Part shown: piece after piece, positions 50,952 to 63,698 of the stretch
How positions within the stretch are numbered: position 1 is the first letter of the stretch
Layout: the number at the start of each line of letters is the position of its first letter
Assembly (NCBI RefSeq): GCF_037042905.1
Contig: NC_087251.1
Span: 41,604,001-41,668,000, forward strand
DNA length: 64,000 nt
Direction of reading: 5' to 3'
Origin: Lytechinus pictus
Taxonomy: Eukaryota
Notes under the pieces: generated by a model
Told to the model about the DNA's origin: nothing
What the model saw: only the letters and a program-made list of their open reading frames with translations
The model's database searches: none
Program-made: the position numbers and the translations under genes

Positions 50952-52279
50952 GTAAGTATTTTTTAATTGATAAAATCAATAAAAAATATTATACACGTTT
51001 TAGAATCGATATGGATGCAATTTTCATTTTCCGCGAAGATCTTTACAAGGGTTCAACTTGTATCCCTACTCCCATCAAAATACAAACTGTTTCAATATTC
51101 ATTAATCCTCTTAGCAGCGTGTGCCAATGTGTATATAGATTTGTAATCCCAACATGAATTTATAGCCATTAAGCCATAATCACCACTTATAGAGGGGATT
51201 AGACAACCTCAAAATATTAGTGGAAGGGCCCTACCGACACATAAAACTCTCAAGTGTTTGTTTATTGTCAGAGACACTTCCCCTGTTACCTTTTTATTTT
51301 CAAAGTTTACATACGGATAGACATCAATTCAGGTCCGATTGATAAATATGAAGCTTTAGAAATCGACAATTTATGCGTTGAGGTTTGTCATAAGGTGAAT
51401 AGAAGCGCGTTGGAGCCTAATAATTTGGAGACAAAATATGATTGTGGGTGGTTTTCTTTTTTGTGGCAATTGAAGTCGGAGGTTGAGAGAATGAGCAAAA
51501 AGCCAGAGTGAACCCATTTGTGGGGTAACACAGGTGTGCTTGGGTTATGTCGTGATTGCGGTATAACCTCTTTTTAATGAAAGGCGAGGGTTGATAGAAA
51601 TCCATTCTACAGGCGTTACTATTATGATACGTCAGCGCAGCTTAAGTAAAATAATTCTTCAAGCCACAATGCCAGGACGCTTAAAGGGCAGTCATTGTGA
51701 ACACTTCATGTACTCGGGAATTTTGTGAGAGAACCCCCTGTCCTTCCTTTTTTCAAACCTTTTTATTCAATGTTTCTTCTCTACCAATGTAAGATTCATA
51801 GAGTTGTTTGATAGATGGTTAAGCTTTGAAAAGATATTGAAGTATCAAGTAATATCCATTTTATATCTTGCAATCGGAAATAACATTCACATTGTGAAGT
51901 ACATTTCTCTTAGATTACATATGCACAGTTTACTTGTGTTGATTTGGATGCCACGACTATCAAATGCGCTTAAGAAGACACAACACCCCTACACACACCC
52001 ACACACCCTCACTCACTCACACACCCGCGCACACATAGATCAGACAATTTCACAAAATACTCATTTTTCTTGAAGTATAGAAGACCATGTTTCCAGAGTG
52101 CAATGTGTTCTCCTAAGAACTTTAAATATGAGCAGCTATTGTGGTAAATCGACAAGCATTGTTTTCTAACTTCATCCAGAATACAAAGCAATACGTGCTT
52201 TAAGAAGTGCTTTCGAGACAACATCAACAACCTGCTAGGACCATGTGGAACCCCTGCAGTCGCCGATAGTACGTACTTC

Positions 52280-52487
52280 CTGATTGGTGCATTTCTGCCT
52301 AACTTGAGCACACTTAACAGGCAAATTCTCGCTCTGCGGACGAGGTGTACATTGAAGTAGCGTATACCACCAGCCCGATCCCGATTTGAGAACCGAAAGG
52401 GTGCATTCATACACCCCCTCCACCATTTCTGCACCCCTATCCGCCAAGTGGAAAGGTTTATTCTGTTTAACGGCCTACTTTGGAAAG
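52280..52487 (+). promoter_or_regulatory. Candidate promoter and ATG-free first exon
   Basis: CTGATTGG (reverse CCAAT) 52280-52287, GC/CpG-richer ATG-free stretch, consensus donor AAG|GTAAGT at 52488. Confidence 0.55.
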
Positions 52488-52859
52488 GTAAGTTTGATTT
52501 TGCAAAATAATGTTCATTACACTGTGTTCACTCGAGATAATAATTACCTTGCATTAAGTTTTACAATAGTTTCTATTTGAATAACACGATTTTGTTCTTA
52601 AGGGATTATATCAACTGTTTAAGTTCATGAAAGCTCAATCTCTGCTTCGTTCTTTCGCCGAAACTTCGGCGGTGTAAATGGCTTACGATGTAGGGCTTTT
52701 CCTGTCATTCTGTGTGGTTTGACTTATATATTGTCATGTCATTTAAATAAACGTTTCATGTATGACATGTATGAGATGTGAGAAAATCTAGTGACGTGTA
52801 TGTCCAGTGTGGGAATTTTGATGACAATTCACAGAGTGACTCTCAGTAAAAAAAAATAA

Positions 52860-52895
<36 letters not shown>

Positions 52896-53138
52896 TATAT
52901 ACATATAAATAAAACCCTTATTATTGTAAAGGAGAAGAAATCGTAATGTATATGCAGAATATAGTCATAAAGCATAAAGGTAAAATAAATACTTCCATGG
53001 TCAAAGTTTTCAACGTAGCAAAAAAAGTATGACGGAAATTCACAAACTATACTTATGTAAATTGAAGAAGTTAATAACTACATCAATATTTTTCTACTGT
53101 TTTAATTTTCTGATTTTATATTTCTTCCCTGACTTTAG

Positions 53139-53200
53139 AAACCCTGAAAACAGAGGGAAAATAAGAATCCTTTCCCCCAATCGACATCTTTAATTAACAG
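53139..53200 (+). other. Candidate 62-nt non-coding exon
   Basis: Long pyrimidine tract tttcttccctgactttag, donor CAG|GTAAGA at 53201, no ATG. Confidence 0.55.
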
Positions 53201-53337
53201 GTAAGAAACTATCAGTAGATGTTATACTGACATAAATTACTGGAATTATCGTCCAGAATTTCTAGTCATTATGCATACATGTGATTTGATATGAAGGGAA
53301 TAGATTCTTGAATGGATATCTAAATTGCATTTGAATT

Positions 53338-53860
53338 TTAAAAAAATGACACGTAAAATATGCTGAATCTATTCATTTTTTTCTCAGTAATGTCAACTTT
53401 GTTAAAAGAATCATCAATGTATGAGTGTTTAATTAAACTTTAGAAATGCATAAGTGATTTAAAAAATACTCTATTTATATAATTTCAACATGAACCAGCC
53501 TATATACTTGATAGTTTTTGAATGATTGTTTGAATTAGTGTGTTAAGTGTATATGCTACAAGTTTGTACCCAATATAGTGTGAGTGTGTGGGTTAAAAAA
53601 AAAGACACGTAAAATATGCAGAATCTATCCATTTTTTCTCAGTAATGTCAACTTTGTGAAAAGAATCATCAATGTATGAATGTTTAATTAAACTTTAGAA
53701 ATGCATAAATGATAAAAAAAATACTCTATTTATATAATTTCAACATGAACCAGCCTATATACTTTTCGTTATAGTTTTTGAATGATTGTTTGAATTAGTG
53801 TGTTAAGTGTATATGCTACAAGTTTGTACCCACAAAATAGTGTGAGTGTGTGGGTTAAAA
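53338..53860. repeat. Tandem duplication, 2 x ~256-265 bp
   Basis: GACACGTAAAATATGC.GAATCTAT...GTGTGAGTGTGTGGGTTAAAA at 53348 and 53604; small indels between copies. Confidence 0.92.
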
Positions 53861-55133
53861 TGTGCGTGTGTATTATTTTTGTATATGGTGGAGTTTTCAA
53901 AACCTACAATGGCACTACAAGTGTATTTATGACAATCTATTAGACTTAGAACTCTAGTGTATTTATAAGCCTGCTATTACATATCTATATTGCTATTATA
54001 CTTCATTATACTCAAATGAGATTGTTGAATTTAACTAAAGGAATTTATTCTACAAACTTTGCTGATTAAAAATGAATAAAAGATTATGTTTTCGTGTCTC
54101 ACTTATATACACTCATTCACTAATCATTTAGAAGAAAAAAATGTATATGTAATTGAAATTATAAGCAATAATTAGGGTACGCGATTGTCATTGCACTGCC
54201 GGCTCTTGCTTAAATTCGGTATGTAAGCGAAATCATCACGAGAGACGTTGCCTATATTTCCCTTAAAAGAAGAGATGATTATGTTCTCAAGTAAATGATT
54301 AAAGAGTAATCCTGTAAACACCTCAAGCATATTCAAAGAGAAAGAATAAAAGTACTCGATATTATTGCTCTACCGTCATGACCGCCCTTTTTTCTTGAAT
54401 CATCGTGGATAACCCTCAAAGAAAAACTTTGCATGTCAATATTAATACAGTAATCTTAAATGTCTGATTTCAATTGTAATGCCTACACGTGTCAAACTGT
54501 ATCAGTGGTAACGTCAAATATATACGTGATAACCACAAACTCCTTGTAAAATACCCATTTTTATCAAGTCTTTAGAGTACAATATTGCTCTTGATCATCA
54601 CCATTAATCATAGTGATATATGTAGTGATTATGACATATTGCCTCTTACCCTGTTCGTTATAAGCCATTGTCAGTCTAACCTGGTGGCTCGATAATTACT
54701 TTGTCAATAGAAAATGGCGTAATCTCAGGATTATCCGACTAAGTGGATTATAACCTTTTGTGCACTTCGCTTTCCAATAGAATATAACATTTCACTTATA
54801 ATATCACGTTTATTTTAGAATAAGTGACAGAGTGGACTTGAAAAGTGCATCGAGGAAACAGTATTTCGTATTCGTGGATATAGTCTTAGATTATTTTTAC
54901 TCGGTGTAAATCGTTTGCATTACTCACGATGCCAACAAGTGCGTATACGGAGCATCGACTTCGCGCATAGTTATGTGTGTATCGTTTATGGTTTAATTTG
55001 TTAATGGATGGCATTAAAAAGACAAAAATTTACTATATTTCAGCTCTTATAATTTTTTATTTGAGCTCAAATAAAACTAGAGCGATAAGAATACTATGAA
55101 TGCGCCGTTCTAGTAAATTTCATATCATGAGCT

Positions 55134-55427
55134 GGAGCATTGTGGCCCAGTGGATTAGTATTCTGACTTTGAAACAGATGGTCGTTGGTTCGAATCCCAG
55201 CCATGGCGTAATTTCATTCAGCAAGAAATTTATCCACATTGTGCTGCACTCAACCCAGGTGCGGTGAATGGGTACCCGGTAGGAAGAAATTCCTTGAATG
55301 CTTGAGGGCCTAGGCAGCCCACCTAAAGCTGGGGTAATAATAACTGCAGGGCCCGCTGGTAGAACAGTTTTCAGAACTGAAGTGGTTTCCCTCGGTAAAT
55401 TTACCTATATTATCATTATTATTATTA
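55134..55427 (+). mobile_element. Near full-length tRNA-derived SINE with (TAT)n tail
   Basis: A-box TGGCCCAGTGG, B-box GGTTCGAATCC, core CACTCAACCCAGGTG...AATGGGTACC, ATT-repeat tail. Confidence 0.85.
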
Positions 55428-56045
55428 ATATGAGCTTATGTCTTTCTTCATAACAATGATTGGACAGTAAACATGATTATAATGTTTAACTGTGTATACG
55501 TATTGTATTATGTAGAACTTGCAAAATATCTATAATTAGATAACAAATTCAACCAAAACAGGTTAAACCGCAACTTTATCAACGAATGTGTGAGCAGCCA
55601 CATCTGATGGTTGCATAGTTACGTAACAAAGAATAGGTGACGTCAATTTGACTTAGAAACCAAGTGCAATATCTAGACCCACCCTACCCCGAAAAAGCCT
55701 TTCCTCGGTGAGATTGCGCAAAATTGAGGGGAAAAAATCAGAAATATTTATCTTACAACTAATTAATAAAAATCAGTGATCACAACCAAATTCTGTAAAT
55801 TTGAAAAACGACCTGAAATAATTGCAGGTGAGGATATGAAGCCTTTGGCCTTAAAATACATTTTCAAGAGTGATTTAAGTTCACCTGATTTGAATATACA
55901 AATATTTCATTTCTTGATTTAGATTCATCCAAAAACGTAGTGTGTTAAATCAAGTAGTACTCTAAAATCTATGAAATTCAACGTTTATGTTATCAAAAGT
56001 AAATTCGAATATGGAATATGATACAAGACGAACCTAACCTTATTT

Positions 56046-56241
56046 GGGCAATTCCGTGAAATAATCAAACTTTTGTACTTTCGACCCCCAAGTTTTACTT
56101 CACTTCATAAACTGACCAAGTCATGGTCATTTGAGAGCATTACAGACTGTCAAAATTCAAATTCAATTCGAACCAGAAATCAGAGACAGAAAATTTAATG
56201 AACGTACATGTGATCAGACGTACATATCTTATGGAATTGCC
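56046..56241. mobile_element. MITE, copy of 50106-50307
   Basis: GGGCAATTCC ... GGAATTGCC termini and shared body. Confidence 0.8.
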
Positions 56242-58176
56242 TATTATGAGTTGAAAACCAAAAGTTTGAATTTTGAATTTTTATATCTCCGTGACCACGG
56301 TAGTTTCGATTTGTTTTAAATCTCTTATATTTGGAGTGTACAACTGAATACAAATTAAGAGATCTTTGAAATTAACATATTATATGTTTTATGCTTTATA
56401 ATGATTAATCTCCGTGCAAAAAATGACAACACAAAGAATTTATAAGAAATGATTCTACGAATAGATAATGTTTGAATCAAGATGTGCTCGGTATAAAGGT
56501 TTTAGTGCTACTTGTATAGGGTATATAGGCCAATACAGCCAAGGTCTTATATCAGTGTAGAGTGTAAACTAATTAGGTAACCGGGTCAATATTTACATTG
56601 AGCCACCAATCAAGACAAGTTGGAAATCATTAATTAACTCCAGATCTATTGTTTCAGGTTAGGTTCTTTGCCGAAGATAAATGTTAAATTCTTAATGACA
56701 AAACATCGCAGTACAACACTGAACAGTGCAAGTTGGCAAGTGCATTAATGTTAAGAATGATTCCCAGTATGTAATAAGATAAGCCCCCGTGTCTCTGATA
56801 AAATCGAAACATTTGGACAATTTTCATGATAACAAAAACATGTTTCATTAACACGTTGAATATTATTTTATCTCCACATTCAAGCATTTATTTCCCAATT
56901 TATGTATCTATTTCTCATTTTTATGATTAATTTTCCTTATAATTCAAAATAACAAAGGTAGATATAATCTAATCTGCTTTGTTCGTATTACCTTTCTAGA
57001 AAACATGCTGTTTAATCGCATTGAAAATTAATCATCAATGTTCTGTTCACCCTGATTTTTGGACAATGCAGTGTGTAATTGAGTATGCAATGCAATGATT
57101 AATAAAACAATTAAGTTGATTGGTTAAATCATCGATCTACTCCCCCTTAATCTATCCCTTAATCGAATTCCACTGACAGGCTATATACCACACTTAACGT
57201 AACTTAAGGACTAATAGTTATGTTACTCAACCGCTAATGATGTGCTATCAGCCATTTAAGATTTATGACTTTGTCTTTCTTTCGTAATTATCTACACAGT
57301 GAAGTCTGTTAACAAAACGGTCTAATTGGTATATAGCCTCCGTCAGAGTCACCATGGGCTATAGCAGTAATGCATGGTGATAATGGCGCTTTAGACCAGT
57401 GAGCAAATGATGTATGCATACTTAGAAGAGAATCGCGTAGTCAATGTATACAATCTAAACAAAAACGTTGGGAGTGTTTGCGTAATAGGGTCTACAATTC
57501 AAACATACATGAAGTCAGTGTGGCTCTTGTGGCGAGGAGTGCATACAGTTATAGAGTTTTATTAGATAACTCCATGAAAAGGGTCCCTTTTCTTATCATC
57601 AACTTGTTCCATTGCTTGCAGCAACGTCACCTCTCATACACTAAATATTCACAGGACCAAAAGTACCCATTTTCATCACTATCCTTTATGTCCGATATTC
57701 ACTGTAACAACATTAAGGACAAAAAGAAAACAAATAAGTGATAGATAACAACACCACCAATAATAATAATTATGATAATGATAAGAAAAGAAATAACTAA
57801 TTTTGTAAATCTTGTCATCATTTTCACCATTTTCTTTTAGAAAGAGCATGATTTCTTTTTAAATTACGCGTTCCAGAAGGAGAAAGTGTGTTTTCAATAT
57901 TTACCAGCATGTTTTAACCCTCTCTTCCTTTTTTACAAGTTCATGGTCTTCTCTTAATAGGCCTATTTTGACTGTCGGGTTTTAAACCACTCCTTCCCCA
58001 CCCAATCCCTATCTCTCCACCCCCCCCCCCCCCCCTCTTCACTCCCCGATCTCATTTGAATATGTTTAACTAATTTGCTGTCCTATTGTCCCATTGCGGC
58101 TTTTTTTATCACAACAGATATGCTGTGATTTGGTCTTCATACGTTACCTGGACTTGGCATGCCAATGCAGAATCAT

Positions 58177-58353
58177 TGTGTGTGTATTTGAGTTTTGTCA
58201 GACGTGTATCAATCAGATATGATTATTTACGTCTGGGACCGACCTTTAACGTCACCATCCGGAAGACGTGACCAGGGCTCGAACCTCGAACCTCTGCATC
58301 AAGTTGTAACTTCCCCAGAGCTTGGATTACAGGCGCACGCCACAACGACCTGT
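58177..58353 (-). mobile_element. SINE-like element with 7SL(Alu-domain)-like head, B-box, Deu-like core and (CA)n tail
   Basis: Minus strand: ACAGGTCGTTGTGGCGTGCGCCTGTAATCCAAGCTCTGGGGAAG...GGTTCGAGCCC...CGTCTTCCGGATGGTGACGTTAAAGGTCGGTCCC...AAATACACACAC. Confidence 0.7.
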
Positions 58354-60419
58354 TAATTCAGCTGGCTAAAGATATGGGGAGCATTTCATAAAACAAAATA
58401 GTGACTGTCACTAACAGGTTTGCGCTAAGCCAATCAGATGCAAGGATTTTGGTAGCTTATAATAATATTAATGTAACGCTCCAGTGGATGTGAATATCAG
58501 AGCTGAGAAGAATAAGAGTAGAAATCGAAAAATATTTGAAATAATCTTCATGACATAATGATCATACAACATTCATGGGCGGAAATCCCAGGGGGGGGGG
58601 GGCAGGGGGACGCGCCCCCCTACCCAAAATAGTAGGGGGACACAATATCAAATGTCCCTTGCTGTAGATAAACACGTTTAATTTCTTTGTGGCGAATTAA
58701 AAATAAAATACATGTGGGTCTACCTCGACAAGTGAAATATGCACCATAACTATTCTCATCTGTTTTATAAAAATTATACTCAATTATCTGTCATTCTAAA
58801 TTATAAAAACTTCTGACATACAAACTTGGTGTAAAAGGGTTGATAAACAAATGCCCCTAACTGAAAGAACACTGTCTACTCCTCTCTGCACGTTATTCGT
58901 CGGATTATGAACGCTACACAGCACCTGAATTCTGCGTGGAAAACAAGATATTTCTTTTCAAAGGTTAGGTCAAAAAATGAAAACAGCCTCGTGTCACACG
59001 GAAGCTAGAAAGTAAGGGTATTGTTGGAGACGCCTTGGGCTCTGTTAAGTCTTACAGGAGTTACAACTTAGGTTACTCTCATACAGAATAGTGTTAGACA
59101 GTGTGATACAGCCAGGTTAACCTTACTTCCTGTGTACAGATATACTGGTAGCAAACCCGTGCCAACACACTAAAAAGCATTAACTAAAAAAAAACCCAAT
59201 GCAGAATGAATTTAAATTCCAGTTTTGTCTTTCACAAACGGTGGACCAATGTAAGGGGGTTTGTAAGGGAACCCCAAGAGAAATGTTCTAATTATGCAGA
59301 TTGAACGATATTTCATCGTTCTGACTTATATGCATTAGACTTATACAGATGACAAATTATTGGGAAACCACATTTGGGTGAATCTATTCACCTGCCTTTT
59401 ATATTTCGCCCAATGATGTGGTTAGATGAAAATATATTGTCAAAACTGATAAATGATTATCATGATTGTAGTATTGTGATGCGAACCAGTTGGGGTGAAA
59501 GAGCAGACCAAACCTTGATTCTGATTTTATTTTAAAGTGGTCACAGGCATTTGCGCATATTGTTTCTCAAGTAAATGCGATCATTCTTTTAAATCTCTTA
59601 TAATAATTTTTGTCATAATTGTATATGATATAAACATATTGTGACCACCGACCCCAATATCAATGGAGATTAAAATCGGATTAACTAAAAAGTGATATCT
59701 AAGAAGTTATACTTAGCGATGTTATATCGTGGCTTTATTAATCCTTGAAATAGGTAATGGCAAATGGGCTCTTGACCCACCCCAGCAGAAAACCATTCAA
59801 AAGCCTTTAAATCAATGATCCAACATAATTCATCCATTTACAATTGGAATGATAGTTATTATCAATCATTCAGGCTTGTACAACACTGATTTGAACATAG
59901 GAAAGTGAAACATGATATCAATAATTGAAAATAAGAGAATACAAGTTTATTGTAACCCTATATCGCCGTCTTACTAAAGCGAAAAGCGCGCGCGATGATG
60001 TACGTTCGCAGGTGAACACACACAACCGCCATTTTGGCAGCGTTGGGTTTCCAAAATGAAATGTAATTTTGACAAATCTAAGCCAACAAAGCGGTACATC
60101 AAAGCAATAGAAAAGAGGAATGAAAAAAAAAAGATCCAAGAAAATTCTACATGTTTAACGAAATTGATTTTTTTTCATTTCATTTTTATTTGGGGGAAGG
60201 GCTAAACAAAAAGAAGTAAATAATAAAATCCGTTTTAGGCCTATTATTTTGAAAAAAAAAATGAATACAATCATGTACCATAATTATCATTAAGACGTTT
60301 TGATAGCATTTGATTTTAAAGTAAAATGTGAAAACAATAACTGATGATAACTAATAAGAGAGGATGGCATATCTGCGATGATTACATAATGGCAATATGG
60401 CATTGGTAGTCAAAAACAT

Positions 60420-60580
60420 ACTTGATTGATTGATTGATTGATTCTTTATTTCCATGCAAAAAAATTGATCATACAATATAAGATATATTGACAATTTTTT
60501 CCCGGTAAAATAACAATAAACATTCATTGCATGGGAGGGGACAGTCATAAGCACAAAGGCTTGAAAAAGGACGTCCCTCA
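60420..60580 (-). mobile_element. LINE 3'-end remnant with (AATC)n tail
   Basis: Minus strand has a stem-loop-like 'GAGGGACGTCCTTTTTCAAGCCTTTGTGCTT..GACTGTCCCCTC', then AATAAA and (AATC)n. Confidence 0.5.
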
Positions 60581-62728
60581 AGAAAGACTACTTCATACAA
60601 GATAATGAAATGATTCATTATCTTTGGTCATTATTTTGTAGGTTCCAGTTCATGAATTTTAAGGAAACTTTGCCTCCACTTTTTTTAAACTTGATTGTAT
60701 TTATTGTGGAAGTGACTGAGGTTTGCAAAGTGACATATTGGTCTATTGCTAATAATGTCTACCAGTAATACATCATGAGTAATGATTTATGCATGGGGTT
60801 TTTAAGGCTAGTGCATGCATGTATCATTAGGCAAGAAAAAACATTCTTCGTTTCCATTTCCCCCAAAACGACATGTGTCTGAAATTGAATGTTATCGTCG
60901 ATGGTATACGTTGTCGTTTAATTTGGCTGGAAGCTAAATATGAAGAGAGAAAAGATGAGAATGAGGAGAGGGTGAAATGAACTGACATTTTAGCAAAATA
61001 GATCATCTGTCAACGAATTCCCTATTGCTGGACCGGTGGGATACATAGATGCCCGCGTGAGGCCCGCCTCGTACAGGCTCCACCGCCCGATAGACAGACA
61101 AACGCCCCCCTTGCTTGATTAAAATCTCCGCTCCAACTTGGGATACGGGCGGGGAGGGACGCAGCGTGCAAACAACTGCACATTGAGATGAAAGAGAGAG
61201 ATAGAGAGAAGGGGAGAGGGGAGACGAGAAGATGGGGATATTTTCTAAGATAATTAATTGGAGTAACTTTGCTCCTGCCCCACGATTGATTTATTCGCCA
61301 ACGGTTAGAACGCCTTCAGCTTCCGCATCACCGTATCCCTTGCTCTGTGTCCCATATGCCCCTCCGATCATAGCGATGGTCGGACCGTGCCTGTGACACC
61401 TAATTGAATTAATTGTTAACGAGCTCACTGTGTTTATACCTGATTACTGGAGATTGATGATTAATTAATTGGGTTAGATGCCCCACACAAACGATACAGA
61501 ACGACGGTAAGCGCGGTAGGAAGGAATTTTACACCTGACAGAATCCAAAATAACAAGTTCTACCTCGCTCAATTTTCAAAGACGTATAGAAGAATTGATA
61601 AAATAGAGACCATGGCTTCACCCCAAGTTGAGAAGATGGGATTCGTGCGCTTGTTTCCGACACCCTTCACCATGAAGAAAAAAAATCACAGGATGAAAAG
61701 AGGAGGGGAAACGAAGAAGAATCATCCGTAAAATGCTTTTAGGCTTTGAGTGAGCATCTAGCACCAGGGAATCTTTGGAGGGGTAATAAGGGGGTTTGTT
61801 TGGGAGCCTCGGGATTCGGCTAGGGGTAATAAAGGATGGGTTTTAGATACTGGTGTCTTCATGGAAATTAGACATAAGATGAGATCTTTACTCTAAAGGA
61901 GGGACAGAGAGAAAGGGAAAGAGTGAGAGAGAGGGGGAGGGAGAGAGATATGGAGAGAGGGGAGAGGGAGGGAGAGATAAATGACTTTAAGTGATTAGCT
62001 TACTGCATTTTTCTCTTTCCCATCTCAATTAAATCAATGTATGGATATGAATGCATTCCATTGGGGGTTTTCCCCTGCGTTTTCAATAACGCATGTTATT
62101 CATATTCTCTGTTTTCTCTTAATTACTTTTGTTTTCGCCTTGAAAATGCGGTGCTGAGATAAAAAGGCGGATACTTTGTTTCCCGAGATCCTAAATCACT
62201 TAAACCTAGTATTCCTAGGACGCCATTATCCATCATCTTAGTATTGATATTGTATACTAATGAATGTGAAAAATCATTGCATAAAAATCCTTATTTCCAT
62301 CCAGTATACTTAACTCTGAAATTCAATGTTTTTTAATACATTTTAAGAGAGAAAGAAATTGTTTCGAGTTTAGTCAGACTTTTACAAAACATTTTCAGAT
62401 CAAAAGTTATTTAAATTGAATCAAACCATTTCAGATGATATTTTAACTGACATTCTACTTGTCAAAGGGTTGATCTGAATGTTACATCGTCCATTCTAAA
62501 TAGAATGCTTAATAGTGATGACAATGATAATGATAAATGATAATGATAATAATAGATAATAACTAAGCATGAGTAAGTTCATCACGTTTTGTATATTGAA
62601 TTTGTACCACCAAACTCGTCATCGTTATTATAAATATTAATTGGAGAAAGTTACTAAATATTCGAAATTCAATAAAATGGTATACAAAAAGGGTAATTAA
62701 CATCTAGTGTCATCGACTTCAGTTCGCA

Positions 62729-63698
62729 CACTCTTAAATAGTTGGGCAAATATATTTTTAACCAACACTGGTTAACATACTGGCCACACAACACTATTGT
62801 TGGGTACTCAGTTTGCTATATGGTTGCTAACCCATGAGGTTTTACCCAACTTTCCAATTGCCCAACATTTGGTTGTATCGACATCAGGCCATTGTCTAAC
62901 TCTAGAAAATCAACTTTTGGGCAATTATAGTAGATTAAGTTGGAACTTCCAACTATCAATATTGGGCGATAGTCGTCAAGTTCCAACTAAACCGGAGTAT
63001 CTCATGGAACTTTCTTTTAACTAATTTGAAATACGGGTTCTCTGAAAATTGAACTGCTTAGTCCACGAGTAAACATTATAATAGAAATCACAATATTTTG
63101 GGAACTCTTTAGCCACCAGCTGGGAATATTTTGCATTTGGTGCTGGTTAGTAAATTAAACTAATCTTTTGTGCATGATTAGAAAAGTTATGATCTCGTGC
63201 ATTCCATTACAGAAATTTCTCAAGACTATTGTAAATAAATATTAAGGAAAGCCATGCATTTTATTACAAGTTTAGTTTCTCATTGAATATCAGTATTTAA
63301 TTACAATTTTGCTAATTTCACATGGCACACGACCGATTTCACAAAATGCAAGTGATATAAAATGAACATGTAAAACATAATTGCCAAACTTTCCCCATCT
63401 TTGGTATACGACGAGATGACAAACCCTTATTAGTAAATAATAATGCTGGTCTTGGCAAAATTATACCTTTCTATCTCATATACCCAATGAAATTCACCCA
63501 ACTTTGGGGGAAAGTGTTCTCATCACCATATGGTGTTAGTAAAACATCATCAAATATTTGAGTAAACACAATCGCCCAACAATGGTAAAATAACTGGAAT
63601 GCTCAATTGAGTAAATAATGATTGCCCATAATCATGATATGCATTTTTTTAACCAACCAACAATATACCAACTGAATTAATCCAACTTTTTATGAGTG
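62729..63698. mobile_element. Non-autonomous CACT-ended (EnSpm/CMC-like) element with 2-bp CA duplication
   Basis: CA|CACTCTTAAATAGTTGG ... CCAACTTTTTATGAGTG|CA; many subterminal TTGGG/CCAAC repeats. Confidence 0.65.

Noticed and set aside
52009..52434. 141-aa minus-strand ORF
   Set aside because: No recognisable domain; overlaps the GC-richer + strand promoter-like region, which explains the lack of stops.
55134..55205. tRNA-Gln gene (TTG loop)
   Set aside because: Part of a SINE with another copy at 16724-16875.
58300..58353. Functional 7SL/SRP RNA gene, or human Alu contamination
   Set aside because: Only ~45 nt resemble the Alu domain. There is no S domain, no Alu dimer or poly(A), and the rest is unrelated SINE-like sequence.
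61612..61731. Short ORF MASPQVEK... as an Otx N-terminal exon
   Set aside because: No resemblance to Otx that I can see; ends in a stop with no clear splice donor.
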